Shown one piece after another: positions 36,041 through 49,698 of a stretch of DNA of 64,000 nucleotides (position 1 is the stretch's first letter; every line of letters begins with the position of its first letter). Under the pieces are notes generated by a model. It was not told the DNA's origin. It saw only the letters and a program-made list of their open reading frames with translations, and searched no databases. Source of the DNA: Octopus sinensis (lineage: Eukaryota); assembly GCF_006345805.1 (NCBI RefSeq), contig NC_043018.1:20770001-20834000 (forward strand), given 5' to 3'. The position numbers were made by a program, and so were the translations under genes.

Positions 36041-37059
36041 GGTGATTGGGTGAGACGAGAGAAAAAGTTTGCGAAGTCAATTTGCAAGAATTTAGCAGAC
36101 AACTGAAGTTGCTCTGATTAGCGTTAGAAGAACACCATTGTTTTTCTAAGAATTAAGGTGACCTTCCAGGAATGAAGGGAGGAAACTTGCTCGAGTGATT
36201 TCATCATCGTAAGCAGTGGGGCATAAAACGAAATCTACGTGAAGAAATGCCAATGATTGATTAAAGCACAATACGGAATGTAGGCTCTTCTTTCTTGGAC
36301 AATGAGAAGAATTTTCTCCTTCGATAAATTTGGTACAGCTTCGGTTCTGAGTTGAACCCCGCCGCTGCTACTATTACAATTTCAGCAATCGAAGATGTCA
36401 TCAACTAAATTCAACAAAATGACCCCTAATATTGCCAGGGAGATATCGATCGATCAGTAAAACCCATTGATGAAACACAACCGACTAAGTGGATTAAAAG
36501 CAAGAATTTAAAGCGACGGCGAAGAAGATATTTTCCATAATAGGAGCAGGTGTGGTTGCGTGGTTAAGATGGTCGCTTCGCAACAACATGGTTTCAGGTT
36601 CAGTCCTACTGTCAGGAAACTTTTGGCAAATGTTTTCTACTGTAGCTCTGGACTACCCAATGCCTTATTAGTGAATTTGCTTGACGGGACTGAGGGAGAA
36701 AAACGGGGAGAGAGAGAGGCGGGGTAGAGAACTAATTTAGGTATTGTTTTTAAATTAGAGGAAGAAGACCCACATTGGTAACAATTGGAGACATTTCTAG
36801 GCAAATGAGAGATCAATAAGGTTGAAGTTCAGTTAAGAATTTCTATCGGCTGACATTAAAATAACAAATGTTGTGTGTGTTTGTGGGGGGGGGGAGACAT
36901 GCCACGTTTGTAACAACTAAAGAATTAGACCTCAACATTGTTAGAAATAGAGTACTGATTGTATTAAATGAAACAGGAATGGGACACTTACGTTAAGAAC
37001 TCTGGGTTTCCCGACAGCAGCGATTTAATTCGTACTCGCTTTCGTTCTTCGGTCGTTGC

Positions 37060-37180
37060 AAGCATCTATTAATAGAATATTAAATGCGGAATTCTGTCTG
37101 TTCGTCTGTCTGGGGCCCCTGTATCTCAGTCTACATATGCTCTGCATAGACATATTGTACCATTTTGGAATCAGAATGTT
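37060..37180 (+). mobile_element. Possible 5' fragment of a non-autonomous Helitron
   Basis: A|TCTATTAATAGAATATTAAATGCGGAA followed by (TCTG)n-like repeats, resembling Helitron-N 5' ends; no 3' end found. Confidence 0.4.
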
Positions 37181-37373
37181 CCTGGGATTGAAAATCTGCC
37201 CTTCATTTGGTTCTTGAACATCCAGCATTGGGATCAGGCCTGGATGAGGTTTTGTTATAAGCTAACAGTTGAAAATTCAAATTTTAAAAGAACTCCGAAC
37301 ATTTGTGTCAACATACAAGCTTTTCATTTAAATTGAATTTAAAGTAATGCCACACTGGTAGGGTGATATCATA

Positions 37374-37853
37374 TTTATTGCCTCCGCCTTAGCGAAGGCG
37401 GAGGTATTGTTTTCAGTCGCGTTTGTTTGTCCGTGGACAAATACTCAGGGACGCCTGCTGGATGAAAAATAAACTACACTGACTCTCACAGTCACCGAGG
37501 ATATCCTTATAGTATTCTTTCACAAATGGCTACAAAGCAAGACATGAACGCCACCGTTCTCAAGATATCTCAAGATATCTCAAGAACCGATATCTCAAGA
37601 ACAGCTAGATGGATTCGGATGAAAGTTTCAGAGATGTTTGGCCTTGTGACTGGCACGAACTGATTAGATTTTGGAATCGATCGGATATCGGACAAGGATT
37701 CTGGATTATTTTTCCAGTTTTATTTTTACTTAATTTTTGAGAGCAGTCGAGTTTATTTCAGGTATTCTCATTTTAAAAATCATCTCCGGCTAATCGTTGA
37801 GAGGACGTTGGTGTTGCCTTGGCAGATGTCTGCGTTCTCTGAGTGCTCTTGTT
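37374..37853 (+). mobile_element. Helentron-associated non-autonomous element (HINE/DINE-1-like)
   Basis: TTTATT start, 5' palindrome CCTCCGCC-ttagcgaa-GGCGGAGG, (GTTT) microsatellite, and a 3' CTTGGCAGATGTCTGCGTTCTCTGAGTGCTCTTGTT end. Confidence 0.7.
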
Positions 37854-38713
37854 ATTATTTCTCTCTTTAGTTTTTGGGCCTCAGGCCCAATTAGCCCTCC
37901 ACAGGAACTAGCTTAAAAGTCCCAGGGAGTGCGGCTTTTAAGCCAGTGTTTAATACAGGAGAGAAGACAGTAAAATGAAAGAAGAAACAGTAAAAGAAAA
38001 TTTCTTATGTAGTCACCAATCTAACTCTGATATCCACAAGGGATTTACTGTGCAACGCCATATTGTTTTTGTGAAGTGGCTTCGAATAAAATTGCCATTT
38101 TCTGCAGCATCAGCAAAGTCCAAACTCTGCTTGATCATAAGTAATGCCTGATATTTATTGATCTTCGAGTAAAAAGATATAAATAACCAGTCTAGTTCTT
38201 CATTTCCAGTTACTAGTCAATCCTACTGTCGAAAATATTCTTTCTGTGTGTGTATGCGAGAGAGGCTTACAGGTCATGATAAATGTAATCAGAACTACTT
38301 CAAATGCTTGATGGGTCTTCTTGGTTTCGGTTCATAATTCTGAAGTAGAATACCAAAAAAAAAAAAAACAAAAAAAAAAAGAAAGAAAAGAAAGAGAGAA
38401 TTCATTTTCTGCAACGGAAAGCATTTTTGATATGAAATTAAATGAGATTTTGTGTCTGTAACGATATGTTTTTCCAGCCCAAAAATATCACATGATCAAA
38501 TTTGAATCGAATGTTACCAAAGCCATGTTTGGTCAGTGCATGGCTTAATAGCTTGCACCACACTTTCGCTAATTATTTTAGGTACCTTTGTAAACACCAG
38601 CAGACATACACACCCTCACGACTCTACCACCCTTGACCCAGCAGAACATTGATCATATGACAATTGAAGGGCGAAAGGTCAGCATCAGCACTCGACTGGT
38701 AATCATCTGCCTA

Positions 38714-38948
38714 AGGCGGCGAGCTGGCAGAAACGTTAGCAAGCCGGGTGAAATGCTTAGCGGTATTTCGTCTGCCGTTACGTTGTGAGTTCAAATTCCG
38801 CCGAAGTCGACTTTGCTTTTCATCCTTTCGGGGTCGATAAATTAAGTACCAGTTACGCACTGGGGTCGATATAATCGACTTAATACCTATGTCTGTCCTT
38901 GTTTGTCCTCTCTGTGTTTAGCCCCTTGTGGGTAGTAAATAAATAGGT
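38714..38948 (+). mobile_element. tRNA-derived SINE family B. Other copies about 763-962+, 9918-10085-, 21624-21858+, 25298-25525-, 53128-53732+, 55800-56005-
   Basis: GGCGGCGAGCTGGCAGAA...GAGTTCAAATTCC head, central CCTTTCATCCTTTCGGGGTCGATAAA.TAAGTACCAG domain (Deu/Nin-like by recollection), TTAGCCCCTTGTGGGTAGTAAA tail. Confidence 0.9.
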
Positions 38949-40325
38949 AATCATCTGCCTAGGGTTATGTCAGGCTGATGGTTTGGAATAAAGCTAAAAT
39001 GGCGCTATACATGACTACCTGTGACTAAAAAAATATTCAAGATCTTTTTCATGAATAGAAAAATTATTAAACATGTATATTCAATACGTATTTATTACAA
39101 TTCGATTTCAAAATCGAGCCATCTCATGACTGCAGTGGAGGAGGGGGCTCGATGTAATCATCTTGCCCCCCCTCTTCCAACATTGCCTGCCTTGTGCCAA
39201 AATTTGAAGCGAATATATTTGATTACTCTTTTACTCTTTTACTTGTTTCAGTCATTTGACTGCGGCCACGCTGGAGCACCGCCTTTAGTCGAGCAAATCG
39301 ACCCCGGGACTTATTCGTTGTAAGCCCAGTACTTATTCTATCGGTCTCTTTTGCCGAATCGCTAAGTGACAGGGACGTAAACACACCAGCATCGGTTGTC
39401 AAGCAATGCTAGGGGGACAAACACAGACACACAAACATATACACACACACTTATATTATATACATATATACGACAGGCTTCTTTCAGTTTCCGTCTACCA
39501 AATCCACTCACAAGGCATTGGTCGGCCCGGGGCTATAGCAGAAGACACTTACCCAACATGCCACGCAGTGGGACTGAACCCGGAACCATGTGGTTGGTTA
39601 GCAAGCTACTTACCACACAGCCACTCCTGCGCCTATTGTATATTGTTGTAGCAAAACGAAACACGGTATTCCTGCTGACAATTAATTTCTATAATATTTT
39701 TTTACCGCTCAGACTCTCAATCAAAATTTAAAAATACATTAAAATTTAATGAGACAATTTTCTATTGTTAATACGTCAACAAAATTAGTTGTTTAAACGG
39801 TTTTCGTTGTCTTTCACAGAGGCAGGCGATAACATCTTCCATAGAAAAAAAAGCAAGTTTTTGCGTGGCTGTGTGGTAAGAAGATTCCTTCCCAGCCACA
39901 TGGTTCCAGGTTCAGTCCCACTGCGTGGCACCTTGGGCAAGTTTCTTTTACTATAGCCTCGAGCCGACCAAAACTTTGTGAGTGGATTTGGAGTTCTGGA
40001 GGAGAGGGCTCTAGTGCTTGCTTGGTATTAATTTCATCGACCCCCGAAATAACGAATTGCAAAGGTGACTGCGACTGAATTTGAACTCGAACAAATATAA
40101 CGAACGCAAACACAGGAGTGGGTGTGTGATACGAGACTTGCTTAGCAACCAACCACATGGTTTCTGGGTTCGGTCCCACTGCGTGGCACCTCGGGCAAGT
40201 GTTTTCCACTATAGCCTCGGGCCGAACAAAGCCTTGTGAGTGGATTTGGTAGACGGAAACTGAAAGAAGCCCATCGTATATATTTATGTATGTGTGTGTG
40301 TGTTTGTGTGTGTGTTTGTGTTATT

Positions 40326-40378
<53 letters not shown>

Positions 40379-41265
40379 GTGTTGTGTGTGTGTGTGTGTG
40401 TGTGTTTGTTTGTTCCCACCATCGCTTGACAGCCGGTGCGTTTGCGTCCCCGTAACGTAGCGGTTCGGCAAAAGAGACCGATAGAATAAGTACTAGGCTT
40501 TACAGAGAAGAAGTCCTGGAAGTCGAGTTGTTCGACTAAAGGTGGTGCCCCAGCATGGCCGCAGTCAAATAACTGAAACAAGTGAAAGAATAGAAGAAAA
40601 GAGCAAAAGAAGATTGCAGAGACGAGGATAAACGAAGATGTCTGTACTTAGATAAAGAGAGACGTGCAGATCTAGTAAAAAAGAGAAATATCGAAACGAA
40701 ATTAGATTACGCGTTCCCCTCCACATTTTTTATTTTCTGTAAATCTAGAACAGTACGTTTCACGAATTATTGAACACACTGCTCTCCAGATCATTTCAAT
40801 AACGGATCGTATTTCAGGACCTTTATTTCAAGACCAATAGCTTTGAAACCTAAGAATCTGCGGAATACAATTTCAACATTGAATTTCTGGAAACTTGCTT
40901 CTTCTGTTATTACTGCCTTGAGTCAAGGAAAACGAGAGAACGATAACTGCCATAGTGATCATAGAAACCCACCATTGCAAGATCTAGATGGATGACTAGA
41001 TTTATATAACTGATATATATATGTTTAGCTGGGAGATAGGAGGCGGCGGGGGGGAGGGGCGCGGGGGGAATTTGTACGGATCTGTACGAATACTGGCTTA
41101 CCTGTATGGGGTGTACTTGGAGAAGCATTTATGTGAAAGCATAGAAAACACTTGCATATGCGCGCGTGTTCCGTGTGAGGGTGTGAGTAAACGATACTCA
41201 AACAGGTACACACACATATACGTACATACATATATACCATCATACATGTGTGTGTATGTAAGTGC

Positions 41266-41302
<37 letters not shown>

Positions 41303-43168
41303 ATATATATATACATAGATATACATAGATATACTACATATATACATATATATATTATACATATATATACCATGTATATATATACATATTATATACATAT
41401 ATATATATATACATCTTATACATATATATACCGATACATGTACATATATGTACATCTATATTACATATGTACATATATACATATAATATCTATACCTATA
41501 TAATATACACATATATATATATATTCTATGTATATATATCTATATATATATATTATATATATATAATATCTATTATATCTTACCTATATATATATATCAT
41601 ATATATTATGTATATATATATATATACAGATATCACCCACATACGTATATATAATTATTTAAATCCGAATATATGCATATACACATATGCAGGTACACAT
41701 ATAGCATGAGTAGCTATAGCATACATACGTACCATAAATGCATGTATATGTATGTGTGTGTATATGTATGTGTGCGTGTGCGTGTGAATGTCTTTGCGTG
41801 TGTGTGCGTGTGTGTGTGTACTGTATAAATATACATATGTATGTATATGTATGTATATATGTATGTATATGTATATGTGTATGTGTGTGTGTGGAGAGAG
41901 AGAGGGAGAGAAATATATACATATATGCATTACAACCGGCCAGGAACAGTCTTCGTTACATTTGCGGCACCTGCCCGGGGGAGTGTTTGCAGGATAGGAT
42001 CCACAGCTCCAGCGGAGATGTATTAGGACATGAAAAGTAAAAACCGGATTAGATTATTTTATGCGGAACACCATTGTCTCCCGAGACAAAAAGGATGCTA
42101 ACAATATATATATAAGTAATGTATTAAACATGTATATGTATAGTTCTATATATATTATATATATATAATATATTATATATATAATATATTATAGGAGGCG
42201 CAATGGCCCAGTGGTTAGGGCAGCGGACCGCGGTCGTAGGATCGCGGTTTCGATTCCAGACGGGGCATGTGAGTGTTTATTGAGCGAAAACACCTAAAGC
42301 TCATGAGGCTCCGGCAGGGGATGGTGGTGATCCATGCTGTATCTTTCACCACAACTTTCTCTCACTCTTACTTCTGTTTCTGTTGTACTGTATTGTACCT
42401 CTGTGTCACGCTGAATATCCCCGAGAAACTACGTTAACGGTACGTGTCTGTGGAGTGCTCAGCCACTTACACGTTAATTTCACGAGCAGGCTGTTCCGTT
42501 GATTCGGATCAACCGGAACCCTCATCGTCGGAACCGACGGAGTGCTTCCACATATATGTATATATGTACACACACATATATATATATATATATATGTGTG
42601 TGTATGTGTGTGTGTATGTGTGTGTGTATGCATACGTGTGTGTGTTAATAAAAGATGATTATATGTAAAGATAACATCCAAAGATCAATGTGTAGGAAGT
42701 TAGTAAGCTTCAAGGAGACTGTAGAAGGTATACAAAACCAACTTTCAGCAACAACTGTGGTTTATTGACCTCGAAGGTTGTAAATTTTTCCCATATCGAA
42801 GTTCGATAACCTGGAAATAATTATTTTTATAGTTCACGGCTTGTTACTGAGGTTGCTATGAATGCGAATAAAATTCCAAATTTTGGGAAGGGAATGGAAC
42901 AGGTAAAATCCAAGCTACATATGTTTCCTAGCTGGTAGAACCCCGGAAGTAGTAATTACCCTAGCGAAGGGTGCTCCATTGACTGCTCATCATACTATGT
43001 ACGTAAGTTTGACGTAGGAATGGCTTGTGGAAAAAATTTTGCTTCCCATCCACAGGGTTCCGAGTTCAGTCCCACTGCGTGGCACGTTGGGTAAGTGTTT
43101 TCTGTTATAGCATGGGGCCGACCAAAGCCTTGTAAGTGTATTTAGTGGAAAGAAACTGAAAGAAGCCC

Positions 43169-43376
<208 letters not shown>

Positions 43377-43975
43377 GTGTGTGTGTCTGTTTGTTTGTCT
43401 CACCATTACCACCACTCTTTGACAACCGGTGTAGGTATATTTATGTCCCTATAAATTAGCGGTTCGGCAAAAGAGTACGATAGAGTAAGTACCAGGCTTT
43501 AAAAAAAATAAAAGTATTCAACTAAAATTGTTCAAGGTGGTGCTCCAGCATGGCCGAAGTCTACTGAGTGAAACTAGTAAAAAATAAAAGATGTATACAT
43601 AGTAAAATCGATTAAAAATAAAGGCCTGTGAACTTGTCGTGGTGAGTGGAAAATTTAACGTTTCGGACACAAATCCTTCTTCAGAGAAAAGTTAAAAGGA
43701 GAGAAGTCAATGATTCGCATCAGGGTTTAATATCCCCTGAGCCAAGAAAATGCTGCAGCCAAATGATTTTAACATAGAGTATGTAAACGTCTGCTGTCAT
43801 TCATTAATTTCTCTCCTTTCAACTTTATTCTGAAAAAGGACTTAGTCAGAAACGTCGAGTTTTCCACTGACCACGGCAAGTTCACTGTACCCTTTTTATC
43901 GATTTAACTAAATGATACAGAGCTTTCCGACTCAGACCAACATCAGTCTCTTTGGAGCCTATTTGATCATATATG

Positions 43976-44008
<33 letters not shown>

Positions 44009-44043
44009 AAAGAGAGAGGGATAGAGATAGATAGGTAGATAGG

Positions 44044-44091
<48 letters not shown>

Positions 44092-46074
44092 CAGACAGAA
44101 AGGCAGACAGACAGATAGATATGCATACACCCACACGGATTATATATATATATTTTTACATGCTTATAGGCCTATATAAATATATATACATACATACATG
44201 CATGCATATAGACGTATATATATATATATATATATACATACACACACACCACACACACACATGCACAGGTATAGACAGAATGAGAGGGAAAGAGGGGGGA
44301 AGGGGAGGAGAGGGAGAGAGGGAGAGAGAGGGTGGAGAGAGAGAGAGGAGAAAGAGTTTATTGAGTTATATCATCTAAATAGGTCAACATATTTTCTTCT
44401 TTCCTTCCTTCTTTTTTTTTCTGTTTTCTTATTCTACACCATTTTGCCTCTCAGAATGTCGCCATGATGTGTTCCGAAATTCTGGAGACTTTAATCAAGA
44501 TTTTAAGCAATAATCATACATTACGAGATAAACAGAATTATTATTCCTCTTTGATCTTAAACTAAAAGCCTGAAGAACAATCAGATAAATAATCATATGG
44601 AATCGTTAGAACACCGTTTTGATCTGACGAGCATAAGAAACCGAAAAATATTTAAATTCGTATAGAAATAGAAGTTACTTTAAAGATAAAAGATACACAA
44701 AGAATCTTAATATTTCTTCGGAATATTATATTCTATTGGCGCTGGTAATAAATAACATATAAGTAGCTCCAGGCGAGATTTTTACTTTTAATGACCAGAA
44801 GGTTTCTTTGGTACATTATAGATGGGGTTTGCAATTGCTTTCTTTTGGAGTTCAATCTATCCTCCATGTGTGTGTGTGCACGTGTGTGTTGTGTGTGTGT
44901 GTGTGTGTATGCAATCAGGAGTAATCGATCTATAAGCTTAACAGATCAAATATCTTGAACACTTTGCAGATCACCGGTGGGGAATAACACGACATTATAC
45001 AACGAGTTTTATGAGTTCGACCGTTTAAAGTGACAGATTTATGCTATTGAATTTCCACTGTTGAATTTGGTAACACGTAGCATTCTAAAGACACGTGTGT
45101 GTATGTGTGTATGTGTGTGTGTGTGTATGTATGTATGTGTGTGTGTGTGTATGTGTATGTGTGTGTGTATGTGTTGTGTGTGTGTGTGAGTGTGTTTGTG
45201 TGTGTGTGAGTGTGTGTGTGTGCGTGAAAGTGTGTGTGTGTGTATGTGTGTGTGTATGTGTGTGAGTGTGTGTGTGTGAGTGTGTGTGTGTGTTGTATGT
45301 GTGTGTGTATGTGTGTGTATGTGTGTATCTACTGAAACTTGTTAACTACAACTGCTTTCAAATGTGTGTGGGTATGTTTGTGTTTATGAGCGTGCGTATG
45401 TGTGTGTATGTGTGTGTGTCATTATTCAGTTTTATTTCAAGATTTCTCGCCAATAGAGAAAGAGTCGGTTTCTAACCTACACTACCGTCAGAAATTAATT
45501 AGCACCCTTGATTTGCTCTTCACTCAAGGTATGTGCTGTCACCTAGTGGCCATATCTCGAACTATTGCTTTGTTGCGAGTTCACTGTTGCGCAGAACGAT
45601 GACGTAACTTTGTTTGCAGAGCAGTTTGAGAGTCTACAGCCTTATGATGTGACATAGCAGTTGCAACAACAACTTGGAGTGCGGATGCAGACAAATCTTC
45701 CTTTGTTTAATAGATATAGGTAGCGCCTCGCAAGGACCGAAATCACACCATACTAAGTTTTCTCATCGCGTAATAAGACGTTTTGAACAGCTCATAAGGT
45801 TAATTGATTTAACCTATTAATGTAGAAATTTGAGAAGTGCTAATTAATTTCTGACGCAAGTGTAGATTCAAGGTTCCTAGATCTAAAGCTCCTTCATTGG
45901 AATTTCAACAGCATCAACAGGGTATTTTTGTATGTATGTATGTACGTACGTATGTATGTATGTATGTATGTATGTATGTATGTATGTATGTATGTATGTA
46001 TGTATGTATGTATGTATGTATGTATGTATGTATGTATTTTTGTATGTATGTATGTATGTATGTATGTATGTATG

Positions 46075-46443
46075 TTCTTCATGCTGGATACGTGCTCTCT
46101 CAAAAGTGTCGATCCCCTCCTTAACCTGCTTCCTCCATCTGTGGCGATGACAAGCATTGTTCTCCCAGTCAGTGTCCTGCATATCACAGGCCTTTAATGA
46201 GGACTTGACACAGTCCTTAAATCGCAGCCTTAGTTTCTGCCGGAGTCTCCTTACATTCACAAGTTCTCGTATAGTGAATGGGGAAAGCTTGGTCTGCAAT
46301 GTTTGCAGTCGTGTATGCTTGTCAAGAGTAGGGCTCATTAGCCACCAACGGAGCCGCAAATGCAAAATATAAATTAGTCCTAGAGCGCACAATGTTCCTG
46401 AAGGTCGGTAATGGTCTTCCTCGGTCAGGAGTGGACGGCCATC
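46075..46443 (+). mobile_element. RTE-clade LINE 3' end with an inverted 5' segment
   Basis: 46075-46241 (minus) encodes QKLRLRFKDCVKSSLKAC...WRKQVKEG..FE. 46241-46443 (plus) encodes CNVCSRVCLSRVGLISHQR*, then 3' UTR and an (ATGT)n tail. Confidence 0.85.
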
Positions 46444-47253
46444 ATGTATGTATGTATGTATGTATGTATGTATGTATGTATGTATGTATGTATGTATGTA
46501 TGTATGTATGTATGTATGTGTAATGTATGTTTGTGTGTATGTATACATGCAGATTTGTATTTTTTTATCCTGTATTCTCATGCATATAATTACATTCTAG
46601 ACATGCTCATTTATGCTCAAATGATAAACTTCTGGAATGTTTTACAGATTTTTACAGTTCCAGTGATGGCTTCGATCTGTAGTCTTCGATCAGCTTTCTC
46701 CTTTCTGGATTTGAGAAACCTAATTTCTCAAGATTGGCATTTAGGCAATGTGTTACATATCCCAGGGCCCCAATAATTACAGGTTTATTCTTCCAGAACG
46801 TCAAACTACTACACCTGCTGCTTGTTCCCTCACCTGTCTTCGTCTTTTGTTTTCTGTAAATTTGAACTCTATATTAAATACGCTCACGCGGTCACCCCAG
46901 TTTTATCCTACCTGACCGAGTTTCCTTTTCTCTTGGACTCTCACCTCTCCTACCTTCTGCGCGAAGTTTCGATTCCTCACCTCATCCACCTAACCATTAT
47001 TCCACTCGCGTAACCATTGGATCTTCGAACTCTTTTGGACACTACCACCATGGATTTTATACATATATGTGTACGTGTCTACGAAGGGCTTCTTTCAGTT
47101 TCCGTCTACCAAATCCACTCATAAGTATTTGGGCGGCCCGAGGTTATAGTAGAAGACACTTTCGCAAGGTGCCACGCAGTGAGACTGAACCTGGAACCAT
47201 GTGGTTGGTAAGCAAGCTTCTAACCACACAGCCATTCTTGCACCTGTGTGTGG

Positions 47254-47287
<34 letters not shown>

Positions 47288-47489
47288 CTCTAACAGGTGG
47301 AATAACATAGAGAAATTCCTACAGTTCTGCTAATAAACCGCTCTGAATGGGTAGAGATTTCTTTGTCGACCCCAAAAGGATGAAAAGGAGAATTGGCATT
47401 GGGGGAGTTTGACCTCACAGAAGTAGAGAGTCAGAGCAATTACTGCGATATGTTCTATACAATGTTTTAATGACTCTGCCAATTAGCCA

Positions 47490-47570
47490 TCATTTCATCA
47501 ACAACATCATCATCACAATCATCATCAACGTCGTCGTCATCATCACTACCATCACCATCTTCATCATCAT

Positions 47571-47642
<72 letters not shown>

Positions 47643-47652
47643 TCGTCATCAC

Positions 47653-47690
<38 letters not shown>

Positions 47691-47727
47691 CCATCGTCAT
47701 CATCATCATCATCACCATCACCATCAT

Positions 47728-47762
<35 letters not shown>

Positions 47763-47815
47763 CCATCTTCACCATCATCATCATCATCATCATTATTATC
47801 ATTATCCTCTTCATC
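47490..47815. repeat. (CAT)n trinucleotide tract
   Basis: Seen directly; source of the poly-H/poly-I/poly-D ORFs. Confidence 0.95.
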
Positions 47816-48988
47816 AACGCCTGGGCATTACTGTCTCGATTTCCGGAACTCATAAGGCCGGTTACCCATGAACGCCGGGATGCCAACCTTTGCAGGGTTA
47901 CTTATTGATGAGCCGAATGCGCTTGCAGCAATGTGAAATGAAATGTCTTGCTCAAGGAGGCAATGCATACCACTGCCCGAGAATTGAAACCACAATCTTG
48001 CAGTCGTGAATACAACATCCACACCAAAAGGTTACAGGTGAAATTTATAAATATCTTTGAAGTGAGTTGATTTGACTTACTCCCAGATCAATTAGTTTCT
48101 CAGTGATTTAAGACAATTAACATAACTTCAATACTAATTACATCAGCGGAACAGTATTGCTCTTAACTGATATCTTCATTCCAAATTTTATTTGAAATGG
48201 AAGCAATTTTGGGTAATAATACGTTTGTATGGAAGAAACAAAATTTAGATGTTTGAATTTATTTTTACAAATTTGTGAGTGAAATTGAAGTGAAAATCAA
48301 ATTCCCGAAAGATGAGTTTTCTGGGGTTTTTTTTTAAACATGACAATAAATGATTTAGAAAAAGTTATTGGGAGAATAACTGAGAGGAAATGGAAACGAA
48401 ACAATTGAAGATAAGACAAATGACTGGGGAGACGTCGAAAGAGAAAGAAGAATGGGTAAGAAATGAAGGCAAGAATTATGAAAAGGAGAAAGAAATAAGA
48501 AATAAAAGAATTTCAGAAACTGAGAAAAAAAAATAACGTGTGAAGTAAATAGAACCCAGAGAAAATTAGTGAAATATAAAAAGACAATTGGAGAATGGAA
48601 GAAGTAGAGGATGGTAAAATGAAAGCATGGAAGAATAGATAAAAATATGAGTGAAAAATTATAGTGACAAGAAAATAAGTTGGGAATAAGGAAAGAATGA
48701 AATAAAGGAAAGAAAGACACAAAATTGAAATGGCAGTTTTGAAGACGGAAAAATATATTAAGGATGGAAAATCGTTTGTGAAGAATAATTGAATTCCTTC
48801 GAAGCAGTTAAGAAGTAATAACTGCAATAATTTATGGTTAAAAGCACCGATTAGTTAATAAATATCAGTTTGGGTTATGTAATCTGGTTAAGTTATAGGG
48901 CTCGGCTATGTGGTTAGAGGTAGAAAATTCTTTCAAATTTTCGTACAAGAGATGGCAATTTTAAAGCTGGGGTATAAGTCGACTATAT

Positions 48989-49372
48989 CGACCCCAGTGT
49001 CTGATTCTACTTTATTTTATCGACCCCAGTGTCTGATTCTACTTTATTTTATCGACCCCAGTGTCTGATTCTACTTTATTTTATCGACCCCAGTGTCTGA
49101 TTCTACTTTATTTTATTGACCCCAGTGTCTGATTCTACTTTATTTTATCGACCCCAGTGTCTGATTGTACTTTATTTTATCGACCCCAGTGTCTGATTGT
49201 ACTTTATTTTATCGACTCCAGTGTCCGATTGTACTTTATTTTATCGACCCCAGTGTCTGATTGTACTTTATTTTATCGACCTCAGTGTCTGATTGTACTT
49301 TATTTTATCGACCCCAGTGTCTGATTCTACTTTATTTTATCGACCCCAGTGTCTGATACTACTTTATTTTAT
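48989..49372. repeat. Tandem array, 12 x 32 bp (CGACCCCAGTGTCTGATT[C/G]TACTTTATTTTAT), inside a family B SINE
   Basis: Units counted directly; SINE sequence resumes at 49373 (CGATCACGAAAGGATGAA). Confidence 0.95.
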
Positions 49373-49698
49373 CGATCACGAAAGGATGAATGGCAAAGTT
49401 GACCTCGGCGGGAAAATTTTGGCAAAAGACCAGCAATTGTGAGCGGAGGGTTACCAGTCGGTTACATCGACCTCAGTATTTGACTGGTACTTTGTTTTAT
49501 TGAATTCGAAAGGATGAAAGGCAAAGTTGACCAAGGCAGAATTTGAACTCAGAACGTAAACTGCCGGAAGAAATGCCACTAAGCATTTTGTTCGACATGT
49601 TAACCATTCTGACAGCACGCTACCTTAGAGCATCAACGACAATAATAATTGTTTCCAGTCTTGATACAAGACCAGCAATTTTATGAGATGGGGTTAGC

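Noticed and set aside
47467-47886. Poly-His, poly-Asp and poly-Met ORFs
   Set aside because: Translations of a (CAT)n microsatellite.
48989-49372. CRISPR-like array of 32-bp repeats
   Set aside because: Units are contiguous with no unique spacers, derive from a SINE, and no cas genes are present in this eukaryotic context.
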